Counted from the stretch's first letter, positions 50,486 through 59,705 are shown. The stretch: DNA of 64,000 bases from Rhodoferax sp. (GCA_009693325.1 SHXM01000001.1:1423-65422), one strand, 5' to 3'. Made by a program: numbers and translations. Notes: a model not told the origin generated them from the sequence alone.

Positions 50486-51775
50486 TCAAGTCGGCTTGCC
50501 AAAAAAACGCGGAATGCAGAGGACGAAATCGGCCCAGTAGGTGATGACTATCAATGTGAAAAGCAGTGGCAGGTAAAACGGCAATACTGCCCGAGAGATT
50601 TGCGCCAAACTGACCTTGGCGATATTCATCATGATGAAGAGAATCACGCCAAATGGCGGGGTCAGCGTTCCAATCAGCAGGTTGACAATTAGGATGATCC
50701 CGAAATGCACGGGGTCAACGCCCAAGGCCATGATCAGCGGATACAAGGTTGGTGTGGCGATCAGCAAAATTGCGGTGGTTTCCATAAAGCAACCGATCAC
50801 TAACAAGACGACATTGATGATCGCCAAGATCACCAGCTTGTTGTCCGAGATCGACATCATGAACATTGCGAGTTTTTGCGGCGCTTGCGATGTGGCGACT
50901 ATCCAGCCAAAAGGTACGGCGCAAGCAATGATGAACACCAGCACACCGCAGGTGACCAGGGTTTCACGCAATGAATCCATGACATCCTTGACGCGCAGTT
51001 CACGCTGAGCGAAGCCCAGGGCCGTGGCATAGACGACCGTGAGCGCGCCTAGCTCTGTTGGCGTCGCAACTCCCGCCAAGAGCCCGACTGTAAGAAAAAC
51101 AGGGGCGGCCAGCGCAGGCAGGGCTCGCACAAATGTCTTGGCAATGCGGGGGTAAGAGATTGACTTGGTTGGCGGAGCATGTACACGGCCTGTGCTGACC
51201 AACCAGTAGATCATGGCCATCAAGGCCATGCCCATCAATATACCGGGCAGAAAACCTGCCAAAAATAAATCGCCGACTGAAACTTGCACCATCACTGCGT
51301 AGACCACCATGATGACAGAGGGCGGAATAATCGGGCCAATGATCGACGAGGCAGCGCTCACCGCAGCCGCGAACGCTGGGTCAAAGCCTTCCTTGCGCAT
51401 CGCATTTACCTCCACCACGCCAAGCCCCGCCGCATCGGCTTGCGCCACCCCACTCATGCCGGCAAAGATCATGCTCGCCAGCACGTTGACATGGGCCAAG
51501 CCGCCGCGGATGTGACCGACTAAAGCATCGGCGAAGTCAAATATCCGATCCGCTATGCCAGCCCGGTTGAGTAGATGGCCCGCCAAAACGAACAGAGGAA
51601 TAGCGATCAGCACAAAACTGTCGAGTCCGGTGCCCATCCGCTGCACCACAATCGACAGCGGTACTGGTTGCGTGAAGACCAGGGTTGCTATCGATGAAAG
51701 AGCCATGGCAAATGCCACCGGGACCTCTAGCGCAACGAGTACCGCAAACAAGCCAAATAAAACGAGCAGCGTCAT
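50486..51775 (-). CDS. TRAP transporter large permease (DctM)
   Basis: LIAIPLF, GMSG...ADAA, IIPPS, TPTE, LTPPFG; start at ATG 51775. Confidence 0.92.
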   Translation of the reverse strand: MTLLVLFGLFAVLVALEVPVAFAMALSSIATLVFTQPVPLSIVVQRMGTGLDSFVLIAIPLFVLAGHLLNRAGIADRIFDFADALVGHIRGGLAHVNVLASMIFAGMSGVAQADAAGLGVVEVNAMRKEGFDPAFAAAVSAASSIIGPIIPPSVIMVVYAVMVQVSVGDLFLAGFLPGILMGMALMAMIYWLVSTGRVHAPPTKSISYPRIAKTFVRALPALAAPVFLTVGLLAGVATPTELGALTVVYATALGFAQRELRVKDVMDSLRETLVTCGVLVFIIACAVPFGWIVATSQAPQKLAMFMMSISDNKLVILAIINVVLLVIGCFMETTAILLIATPTLYPLIMALGVDPVHFGIILIVNLLIGTLTPPFGVILFIMMNIAKVSLAQISRAVLPFYLPLLFTLIVITYWADFVLCIPRFFGKPT

Positions 51776-52305
51776 CAGGTAACTTCGGGCGCTGCCGTGG
51801 TTCGACCTTGATGCCACCCCACCACCACAGCTAGATCCTTTAGCAGCAGATAGACCGCGGTCAATACCATCGACGCCGCCGAAAGCGTAAGTGGCAAGGA
51901 GTAGAACCAACTACGTGGCAGTTCGATGGGAAGGGAGATTGTTTTTGATCGACCTTCAACCTCCATGACCTTGGTACCTTGAAACACCAAAACGAGGAGC
52001 GTCAGTAAAATTAGAAGGAAGACGGCCGCCCGTAGCGCGGCGGCCATACGCATCGGCAAAAAACGGCCAAATGTCTCGATAATAATGTGGCGATCCAACT
52101 TGAGCCCCAGGCTGGCCCCGACAAAAACCATCCATATAAAAGCGTAGGTCGCCGACTCTTCCACCCAAGCGATTGGGCGTCCCAGTAAGTACCGACTGAA
52201 CACCTGAACCGTGATGGCAACAACGATCAGCACAATCAAGCCCAAGCCGAGGCCTTGCTCGACCAAACCTATGCGGTCGAGCAAGCGCCGATAGTGATTT
52301 AGCAT
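51775..52305 (-). CDS. TRAP transporter small permease (DctQ)
   Basis: QVFSRY, WVEE.A...FIW..F.GA, HI. Confidence 0.9.
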   Translation of the reverse strand: MLNHYRRLLDRIGLVEQGLGLGLIVLIVVAITVQVFSRYLLGRPIAWVEESATYAFIWMVFVGASLGLKLDRHIIIETFGRFLPMRMAAALRAAVFLLILLTLLVLVFQGTKVMEVEGRSKTISLPIELPRSWFYSLPLTLSAASMVLTAVYLLLKDLAVVVGWHQGRTTAAPEVT

Positions 52306-52309
52306 GAAC

Positions 52310-53284
52310 TCAGAGCTTCTGAATCTGATCCCACAAACCTGGAGTCCAAGCCCCGTCTTTTTCCATCTTGGCCACTCCCTCTTTGGCTCGTTGCTGGATT
52401 GGCGCCTTGTCGATGTTGCTCACCTTAGCACCTTCACTGACCATCTTACGCACGACGTCTTCGGTTTCTGCTTGAGCGGCTTTACGTGTGTTTTGTACGG
52501 CATCAACCGCACAATCGGTCATGAGCTTTTGCAGATCTGGCGAGAGCGCTACAAAAGCTTTTTCATTGACCGTGATGTGGGCCGAGGACATCAGGTGATC
52601 CGTGCGGGTGACATGCGGTGCTGCCTCATGAAATTTAGCGGCAAACGCGGATGAAATAGGCCCCTCAGCGGCTTCAACAACGCCGGTTTTCAGGCCTAGA
52701 TAAATTTCTCCCCAGGCCAGTCGGGACGGCCGTGTACCCAAAGTCTCCCACAGTGTCAGGTAGGTCTTGATCTCTGGTACCCGCATCTTCACACCACCTA
52801 GGTCGCCAAGGGCGGTCACCGGTTTTTTGGAAAACAGTATTCGGGGCTGGGTCGGTGCTGCAGCCAGAATTCTCAAGCCCTGCTCCTTGCGTAGTTTTTC
52901 GGCCATGGCCGTGTAGGTCGGGCTATCAAGAAACTTTTGCAGATGGTCGGCATCGCGGAATGTAAAGCCCCAGGCCAGAATTGCGTAATCCTTGACCCAA
53001 TTTGCATACCAGTCGAGGACATCGCCATAGATGTGCACCGAGCCTTGCATCATCTGCTCGATGACCTGCACATCGCTGCCGAGTTGCTCCCCCTGGATAA
53101 AATTGACCTTCAGCCGTCCCCCTGCTTTGTCGTTTACGCAGGCGGTATAGCGTATGTTCTGACGATCAAGTATGGACCCTATTGCATCAGATCCGCCAAA
53201 AGTCAGGACCGTCTGTGCCTGCACAGAGACAGCCAGACTCATGGCGGCTACAAATAGCGCTTTTGGGGTATGGAACGTGAACAT
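52310..53284 (-). CDS. TRAP transporter substrate-binding protein (DctP)
   Basis: Signal peptide, QLG.D, GVKMRVP, EIYLGLKTGVV; start at ATG 53284 with GGAG RBS. Confidence 0.9.
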   Translation of the reverse strand: MFTFHTPKALFVAAMSLAVSVQAQTVLTFGGSDAIGSILDRQNIRYTACVNDKAGGRLKVNFIQGEQLGSDVQVIEQMMQGSVHIYGDVLDWYANWVKDYAILAWGFTFRDADHLQKFLDSPTYTAMAEKLRKEQGLRILAAAPTQPRILFSKKPVTALGDLGGVKMRVPEIKTYLTLWETLGTRPSRLAWGEIYLGLKTGVVEAAEGPISSAFAAKFHEAAPHVTRTDHLMSSAHITVNEKAFVALSPDLQKLMTDCAVDAVQNTRKAAQAETEDVVRKMVSEGAKVSNIDKAPIQQRAKEGVAKMEKDGAWTPGLWDQIQKL

Positions 53285-53662
53285 GAATCGTCTCCTTGGT
53301 GGTGGTTGGGTGTAAGGGCCGAACTCCAAGCTTGGCCGGTATATATTTCACTAGCCCAAAGCTGAGCGCTGAGCAGTATTTCCTTATTTAAACTCGGCAA
53401 GAAAGCAGAGGCAACTTTGCCCAGCATCATCACCGCAACTTGCTGGGAGCATAAATTAACTGACCAGACTGGATTTGCATGCCATGCTAACCCCGGCCAT
53501 CCAGTTTGTCGGCCATTAAAAAGAGCAATGCGTTTCGCTGGGCGAAACCAGGCTCGCCCTAATAGCCGTAAGCCATTTATTTGCTGGAATACTAGTGCTG
53601 CAAATGGTTAGCGCAATTATTCCGGGCCGCAGCTAATTGAATTCGTTAATCGTGGAACCGCT

Positions 53663-54613
53663 TTGATATCCAAATCCCCTCCCGCTGCCGACCCCTCTGT
53701 CCAGCTCGAATTTGACGGCGCCGTCATCGCCGGTGCCCAAGTGCCCATTGAATTGCTGGGGCGCTTGAATGAGACGCCTGATTGGCGCCGCATCGGCGCT
53801 GAGTTGCCCGCTCTGCTGGCCCGCGATGGTTATGTGTTGTTGCGCGGGGCGTTGTCGCGCGAGGCTGTTTCAGTGGCCCGGCGGGAGGTGCTTTTGCAAC
53901 TGGCGGCGGTCGGGGAGATCCGGGAGCCGGTCGAGGCGGCGGTCGCCAGTGGTTTGAGCAAACGCGCTGAGCTACACCCCGACCTGTCGGCCTTTTGGCG
54001 CACGGTGAGCGAATCACCTGCTCTGCGGGCTGTCAGCCATGGCCTCGCCCTGGCTGAAGCATCGGCGGCGGTGCTGGGCTGTCCTACAGTACCCTTTGAT
54101 TTTTTGTGGCTGCGCACTATGGCGCAAGGCCGGTCCAGTCCCTTGCACTTCGACCATGTCTACATGAACCGTGGGTCGCAGCGGGTGATCACCGCCTGGA
54201 TCCCACTGGGTGACCTGCCCTTGCGTGCCGGCCCGCTGGTGGTGGTGGAAGGGTCCAACCGCTTCGATGAGCTGATTGCGCGCTATCGGGGGGTGGATGT
54301 TGACCGTGATGGCTTGCCGGGCTCTTTCCCGATGGATGCGATTGCCTTTGCGAGAAGCCACAAAACCCGTTTGCTGACAAGCGATTTCCGCGCCGGCGAT
54401 GTGCTGCTGTTTGACATGTTCACGCTGCATGGGTCTTGCGACAACTGCCTGCTTGGTGGCACGGTTCGGCTTTCCTGCGACGTGCGCTGGCAGGCCGCCG
54501 AAGATAGCCGTGATGAGCGCTGGTTTGGGCACCCGCCCGGCGGCCACGGCGGCTTGAGTTATGGCGGCCTGAATGCGGCCCGGCCGCTGGGCGAGGCCTA
54601 TCTGGCGCGCTGA
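53663..54613 (+). CDS. PhyH family Fe(II)/2-oxoglutarate oxygenase
   Basis: DGYVLLRG, PLHFD (HxD), TAWIPLGD, EGS, FTLHGS.DN, RLSCDVRWQ; start uncertain. Confidence 0.85.
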   Translation: MISKSPPAADPSVQLEFDGAVIAGAQVPIELLGRLNETPDWRRIGAELPALLARDGYVLLRGALSREAVSVARREVLLQLAAVGEIREPVEAAVASGLSKRAELHPDLSAFWRTVSESPALRAVSHGLALAEASAAVLGCPTVPFDFLWLRTMAQGRSSPLHFDHVYMNRGSQRVITAWIPLGDLPLRAGPLVVVEGSNRFDELIARYRGVDVDRDGLPGSFPMDAIAFARSHKTRLLTSDFRAGDVLLFDMFTLHGSCDNCLLGGTVRLSCDVRWQAAEDSRDERWFGHPPGGHGGLSYGGLNAARPLGEAYLAR

Positions 54614-54699
54614 GGCAGCCCAAAGGGTGCTGCGACCATTTGAGTCAAAATAAGTCACCCTTGACCCTTCGGCGCCCCGCGCCAGAAAGTAGCTAAGCC

Positions 54700-55899
54700 A
54701 TGGTTTCCGATGCCGCGTCCCCGATGCCCCGCCTGCTCGCTGATTGTCTGCCCAGCGACCATCTGCGCGCGCTGCTGATCGCACGGGTCTGGGTACCCGA
54801 TCTGGGGCCGGTTTTGGCCCTTGTGGCGGCGGGTCGCTTGCACGACGTCTCCTCGCTGGCGCTTACCTGCAGTGCTTTGCTAGACCTGCCGAACCCGGCT
54901 GGCTTGTTGCGCTCGGCGCTGGCGGCGGGCCGCTTGCCGGTGATCGCAGCGCTCGATGCTGTGTTGAAGAACGCTGAAGAAGCCGGCCGCGATACCAGCT
55001 TGCCATGGCTGCTGGCGCCTTGCGACTTGCAGGCTATCAAGGCCACCGGCGTGACCTTTGTGGCGAGTCTGTTGGAGCGGGTGATTGAAGAGCAGGCCCG
55101 TGGGGACGCCAGCCGTGCGCAGGCGCTGCGAGCCGAACTCAACCAGATCCTGGGGCAGGACCTGACCGGCATCCGGCCAGGCTCGCAGCAGGCGGACGAA
55201 GTTAAACAGGTGTTGCAGGCCCGCGGTGCTTGGTCTCAGTACCTCGAGGTTGGCATAGGCCCGGATGCCGAAATTTTTACCAAAGCGCCGGTGCTGGCGG
55301 CAGTGGGTCTTGGCAGCGATGTCGGTCTGCATCCACGCTCAAACTGGAATAACCCAGAGCCTGAAATCGTGCTGGCGGTTAATTCTTTGGCGCAGGTGGT
55401 CGGTGTGGCGCTGGGCAATGATGTCAACCTGCGCGATTTTGAAGGCCGCAGCGCCTTGTTGCTGGGCAAGGCCAAAGACAACAACGGCTCCTGTGCGATA
55501 GGCCCCTTCATCCGGCTGTTTGACGAACATTTCGACATCGAATCAGTGCGCCAGTGCGAGATCGGCCTGGAGGTCTGGGGTGCAGATGGGTTTCGGTTTG
55601 ATGGCCATGGGGCCATGAGCAGCATCAGCCGCGATCCGCTGGACTTGGTCAAGCATGCGATGGGCTCGCACCACCAGTACCCGGACGGCATGATGATGTT
55701 TTTAGGCACCATGCTGGCGCCAACGCAAGACCGGGATGCGCCAGGCCAGGGCTTCACGCACCATGTCGGCGATGTGGTGAGCGTCAGCGTGCCGCAGCTC
55801 GGCCGCCTGGTGAACCGGGTCGATCGTTCGGACCGCATTGCACCCTGGACTTTCGGCATTGGCGCGCTGATGCAAAGCCTGGCGGGGCGGCGGCCTTGA
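54700..55899 (+). CDS. xylX: FAH-family protein, XylX-type 2-keto-3-deoxy-D-xylonate dehydratase
   Basis: DLQAIKA.GVTF..S.LERVIEE.A.GD, WSQYLEVGIGPDAEIFTKA, WNNPEPE, GNDVNLRD.EGRSALLL.KAKDNN.SC. Confidence 0.78.
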   Translation: MVSDAASPMPRLLADCLPSDHLRALLIARVWVPDLGPVLALVAAGRLHDVSSLALTCSALLDLPNPAGLLRSALAAGRLPVIAALDAVLKNAEEAGRDTSLPWLLAPCDLQAIKATGVTFVASLLERVIEEQARGDASRAQALRAELNQILGQDLTGIRPGSQQADEVKQVLQARGAWSQYLEVGIGPDAEIFTKAPVLAAVGLGSDVGLHPRSNWNNPEPEIVLAVNSLAQVVGVALGNDVNLRDFEGRSALLLGKAKDNNGSCAIGPFIRLFDEHFDIESVRQCEIGLEVWGADGFRFDGHGAMSSISRDPLDLVKHAMGSHHQYPDGMMMFLGTMLAPTQDRDAPGQGFTHHVGDVVSVSVPQLGRLVNRVDRSDRIAPWTFGIGALMQSLAGRRP

Positions 55900-56030
55900 G
55901 TGCTGGCCCACCGCAAGCCAGCGCCGCTGTTTTTAATGCGGATAACATATCTGCCTGAACCGGGCCGGATGCCCGCCCCAAGTTGAGTCAAGGCCGGCCC
56001 CAGTCCCTTTGAACGCTTGGGTCAGCGCCC

Positions 56031-56090
56031 TTACCAAGGTTCTTGCCAATTCTTTTGCCAACTGATTTACCAACTGACTTACCAACTCTT
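56031..56090 (+). repeat. Five-copy 12-bp imperfect tandem repeat (core TTRCCAA)
   Basis: TTACCAAGGTTC / TTGCCAATTCTT / TTGCCAACTGAT / TTACCAACTGAC / TTACCAACTCTT, ending 15 bp before the next ATG. Confidence 0.85.
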
Positions 56091-56105
56091 GAATAGGAAC
56101 CTCCG

Positions 56106-56903
56106 ATGAAAAAAATCTCTGCATATGTCCTGGGTCTGGCGGCTGCTGCTCTGCTGCTGCTGCCGGTGCAAGCCATGGCTCAGGGAAAGTCCCGGCTGGC
56201 GCAAATTCTTGAACGGGGCACTTTGCGGGTGGGTACCACCGGCGACTTTAATCCCATGTCCATGAAAGACACCGCCACCAACACCTACACCGGTTTTGAC
56301 ATAGAGGCCATGAACCAACTTGCCGCCGACATGGGTGTCAAGATCGAGTACGTGCCCGCAGAATGGGCCACGCTGGTCAACGGCATAGTGGCCGACCGTT
56401 TTGATATTTTCTCTGGGGCCTCCCTGAGCATGGCGCGTGCCAAGACGGTAGCTTTCTCAGCGCCTTACCTGTTTGCTGGCACCGTGCCCATGGTGAGCAA
56501 AAAAACCGGTGCCTCGTTGAATACTTGGGAGAGCATCAACAACCCCAACGTGACCGTGGCGGTGTTGATGGGTACGGTGTTTGAGCAGCAGGCCAAGGCG
56601 CATTTTCCGAAAGCCAAGGTGCGCGCCGTAGAGAAACCCGCCACCGGCTACCAAGAGGTGTTGGCCGGGCGTGCCCAGGTCACCATCACCAGCAATGTTG
56701 AGGCCTCAACCCTCATGAAGACTTACCCGGATTTGCAGGTCGTGGGCTCCAGCATGGACATGCGCAACAAGCGGCCCTTTGCCTACCCCATGCCCCAGGG
56801 AGACCATGCCTGGGTGACCTTTGTGAACAACTGGATTTCCCTGAAAGAAGCCGAGGGTTTTTTTGACGCACTCGAAGCCAAATGGTTGGTCGCCAAAAAA
56901 TAA
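56106..56903 (+). CDS. Polar amino-acid ABC binding protein, cyclohexadienyl dehydratase (PheC)-like clade
   Basis: Signal peptide, SRL..I...G.LRVGTTGD, GFDI, EVLAGRA, ITSNVEA, W..FVN.WI. Confidence 0.85.
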   Translation: MKKISAYVLGLAAAALLLLPVQAMAQGKSRLAQILERGTLRVGTTGDFNPMSMKDTATNTYTGFDIEAMNQLAADMGVKIEYVPAEWATLVNGIVADRFDIFSGASLSMARAKTVAFSAPYLFAGTVPMVSKKTGASLNTWESINNPNVTVAVLMGTVFEQQAKAHFPKAKVRAVEKPATGYQEVLAGRAQVTITSNVEASTLMKTYPDLQVVGSSMDMRNKRPFAYPMPQGDHAWVTFVNNWISLKEAEGFFDALEAKWLVAKK

Positions 56904-57655
56904 ACCTTCTGCTCTGCCTGCTGCCCTGCGCGCTGCTGGTTGGCTGCGGCGGGGGTGGCTCTGAAGCCGGGTCTTACAGCTGGGGTTGGTATATTTTCAA
57001 CCCCCTGCAGGCCAAGGGACTCTCTAACCTGCAGTTCCTGATCGGTGGCCTGACAGCAACCTTGCTGGTCTCTTTGTGCGCCATTGTTCTCTCGGTGATT
57101 CTGGGTGCTGCGGTGGCCTTGGCCGGCCTGTCGCGACGTCCTGCACTCAGGCGAGTCAACCGGGTGTATGTGGAGTTGTTCCGCGCCATTCCCTTGCTGG
57201 TGCTGCTGCTGTGGGTGTTTTACGGCCTGCCGGTGATCATCGGGCTGCAACTCGGCGTGTTTGCCACCGGCGTGCTGTCATTGGCCCTGAGCGACTCGGC
57301 TTTTGAGGCTGAGGTTTTTCGGGCCGGTATTCAGTCGGTTCCCAAGGGGCAGATTGAGGCGGCCAAGTCGCTGGGCCTGTCTTGGTACCAGCAGATGCGT
57401 CTGGTGGTGATGCCGCAGGCCATCAAGGTGATTTTGCCCGCGCTGGGCAACCAGTTTGTGTACGTGCTCAAGATGTCGTCCCTGGTGTCGGTGATCGGCT
57501 TGCAAGAACTCACGCGCAGAGCCAATGAGCTCAATGTCAACGAATACCGGCCCCTGGAGATCTACACCCTGCTGGTGGGCGAGTATCTGTTGTTGATTTT
57601 GGTGGTGTCTTATCTGGTTCGCCGCCTTGAGCGCCGGCTCGCCAACGCCAATTGA
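56882..57655 (+). CDS. Amino-acid ABC transporter permease (HisM/GlnP family)
   Basis: YVELFRAIPLLV, AEVFRAGIQSVPKGQIEAA.SLG, PQA, K.SSL; start uncertain. Confidence 0.9.
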   Translation: MVGRQKINLLLCLLPCALLVGCGGGGSEAGSYSWGWYIFNPLQAKGLSNLQFLIGGLTATLLVSLCAIVLSVILGAAVALAGLSRRPALRRVNRVYVELFRAIPLLVLLLWVFYGLPVIIGLQLGVFATGVLSLALSDSAFEAEVFRAGIQSVPKGQIEAAKSLGLSWYQQMRLVVMPQAIKVILPALGNQFVYVLKMSSLVSVIGLQELTRRANELNVNEYRPLEIYTLLVGEYLLLILVVSYLVRRLERRLANAN

Positions 57656-57661
57656 CCGGCC

Positions 57662-58438
57662 ATGATCCTGCACTACGCCACCTGGCCTGAGGTCGAGGCC
57701 TACCTGAAAAATTCCAGAGGCGTGGTCATACCCACTGGCTCTACGGAGCAGCACGGCCCCACTGGCCTGATTGGCACTGACAGCATCACGGCCGAAACCG
57801 TGGCCTCTGCGATGGCCGACATCACTGGCGCCCTGGTGGGGCCTACGCTTAGCTTGAGCCAGGCGCAGTTCAATCTGGGTTTTCCGGGCACGGTGTCGCT
57901 GCGGCCGAGCACCCTGATCCAGGTCATCATTGACTATGTGCAGTCCTTGGCGCGCCATGGCTTTGAGCACTTTTATTTTCTCAATGGCCATGGCGGCAAT
58001 ATTTCTCCGGCCCATTGTGCGTTTCAGGAGCTGTATGCGGATCAGAGCCTGGGCCTGCACCGTGGCGCGGCCGTCCAGTGCCGTCTGCGCAGCTGGTGGG
58101 ATTTTTCTGAAGTCAATGAGATTCGCCAGCGCCTGTATGGGGTGGCCGAAGGCATGCATGCCACACCGTCGGAGCTGGCGATCACCCGGCATGTGTTACC
58201 CGCAGTCAGCTGCGTGGACAACTTGCCGCCGCCGCCCTTGCTGAGCGCTGATTTCATCAGGCGCCATGGCGGCGACAACCACGAGCACGCGGCGGCCCAC
58301 CGGGCCCAGTTTCCTGATGGTCGGGTGGGCTCGCATTCGGCCCTGGGCCGGCCAGAGCATGGCGCCGAAATCATCGCTGTGGCAGCCCGCGCGGCGGCCC
58401 GGGACTACGTGGCTTTTTTGGCTGGGGAAGAGGCATGA
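57662..58438 (+). CDS. Creatininase family amidohydrolase
   Basis: GSTEQHGP....GTD, FPGTVSL, NGHGGN, MHA..SE metal-ligand motifs. Confidence 0.9.
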   Translation: MILHYATWPEVEAYLKNSRGVVIPTGSTEQHGPTGLIGTDSITAETVASAMADITGALVGPTLSLSQAQFNLGFPGTVSLRPSTLIQVIIDYVQSLARHGFEHFYFLNGHGGNISPAHCAFQELYADQSLGLHRGAAVQCRLRSWWDFSEVNEIRQRLYGVAEGMHATPSELAITRHVLPAVSCVDNLPPPPLLSADFIRRHGGDNHEHAAAHRAQFPDGRVGSHSALGRPEHGAEIIAVAARAAARDYVAFLAGEEA

Positions 58439-59082
58439 TTTTTTATGCCACAGCCCTGTCCTCATACAGCGCCAAGGTGCGCATTGCCCTGTGTGCCAAG
58501 GGGGTTGTGTTTGAAGAACGTTTGCCACCTGAGGGCTACCGCTCTGCGCAATACCAGGCCATCGTGCCCATGGGCAAGCTTCCCGCCATACAGGAAGGCG
58601 ACTGGGTCTTGTCGGAGTCCGAGGCAATCAACGAATACCTTGAAGAACGCTATCCCGAGCCGCCCCTGCTGCCGCAGGGGGCACAGGAACGCGCGCAGGT
58701 GCGGTTTTTGTGCCGGTTTCATGACCTGTATCTGGAGCCGCCGGTGCGGGCCCTGTTTGCCCAGGTCGACCCAGCCAAGCGTGACGCCGAGCGGGTCAGC
58801 CGGTTGCGACAGGACATCGTCTACCGCCTGGGCCAGCTCGCGCAGTGGGCACGGCCACAGCCTTATCTGCTGACCCCAAGCCTGAGCTTGGCCGACTGCG
58901 GTCCCCTGGTCACGCTGCCTCTGGCCGGCGCAGTGCTGTCAGCCTGCGGACAGGCGCTGGTACTGCCCGATGCACTGCAGGGCTGGCTCGACGCTGCCTC
59001 ACAGCATCCCGCAGTGGCGCAGGCCCTGCTGCCCTGGCACCAGGCCACTCAGGCCTGGCTTTACCCCAAGGAGGCCCGATGA
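58435..59082 (+). CDS. Glutathione S-transferase family protein
   Basis: S.Y..KVRIAL..KG, PMGKLPA, LSESEAI.EYLEE.YP, SLADC. Confidence 0.9.
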   Translation: MIFYATALSSYSAKVRIALCAKGVVFEERLPPEGYRSAQYQAIVPMGKLPAIQEGDWVLSESEAINEYLEERYPEPPLLPQGAQERAQVRFLCRFHDLYLEPPVRALFAQVDPAKRDAERVSRLRQDIVYRLGQLAQWARPQPYLLTPSLSLADCGPLVTLPLAGAVLSACGQALVLPDALQGWLDAASQHPAVAQALLPWHQATQAWLYPKEAR

Positions 59083-59705
59083 ACGCACCCGGCAGCCGCT
59101 CCCCGCTGGCGGATTCTGACTGGCAGTACCTTGAAAAAATTCCCCTGGAGGAACTCTCCCGCCACGACTGGTTGATGCTTGAGCAGCAACGCGCGCTCTA
59201 CCTGGCCAGACACCAGGCCGACCAGGCCCTGCGCCTGCTCAGCGCCAGCCAAAACGACCCATGCTTTGGCTACCAGGTGAACAACTACCGGCACTGCCTG
59301 CAATCAGCAACCATGGTGCTGCGCGACGGCCTGCCAGACGAGGACGTGGTCGTCGCTCTGCTGCATGATGTCGGGTTCATTGCCTGCCCCCTGCTGCACG
59401 GTGATTTTGCTGCCAGCCTGCTGGGTGCCTATGTGTCTGATCGCAACTACTGGATGCTGCGTCACCATGCCACCTTCCAGAACCTGCACTCTCCGACTAT
59501 GCCGGGCGTCGACCAGCACGAGCGGGAGCGCTGGCGTGGCAACCCCTATTTTGATTGGACTGCCGAGTTCGTTGCCCGCTACGACCAAGCCGCTGCTGAC
59601 CCGGCTTACCCATGCGAGCCGATTGAGACCTTTGTGCCCCTGGTCCGGGCTATTTTTTCACGTCCGCCGGTGGATCGCCGGTCGATCAAACAGGAGATCC
59701 CATGA
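59079..59705 (+). CDS. HD-domain metalloprotein (PhnZ/TmpB-like ligand pattern)
   Basis: H-x23-HD...H...HH...YD pattern (RHCLQSAT, ALLHDVG, LLHG, RHH, RYDQ); ATG 59079 overlaps the GST stop. Confidence 0.8.
   Translation: MNAPGSRSPLADSDWQYLEKIPLEELSRHDWLMLEQQRALYLARHQADQALRLLSASQNDPCFGYQVNNYRHCLQSATMVLRDGLPDEDVVVALLHDVGFIACPLLHGDFAASLLGAYVSDRNYWMLRHHATFQNLHSPTMPGVDQHERERWRGNPYFDWTAEFVARYDQAAADPAYPCEPIETFVPLVRAIFSRPPVDRRSIKQEIP

Noticed and set aside
56031-56090. Tandem repeats as a CRISPR array or iterons
   Set aside because: Units are contiguous 12-mers with no spacers; no cas or rep gene is present
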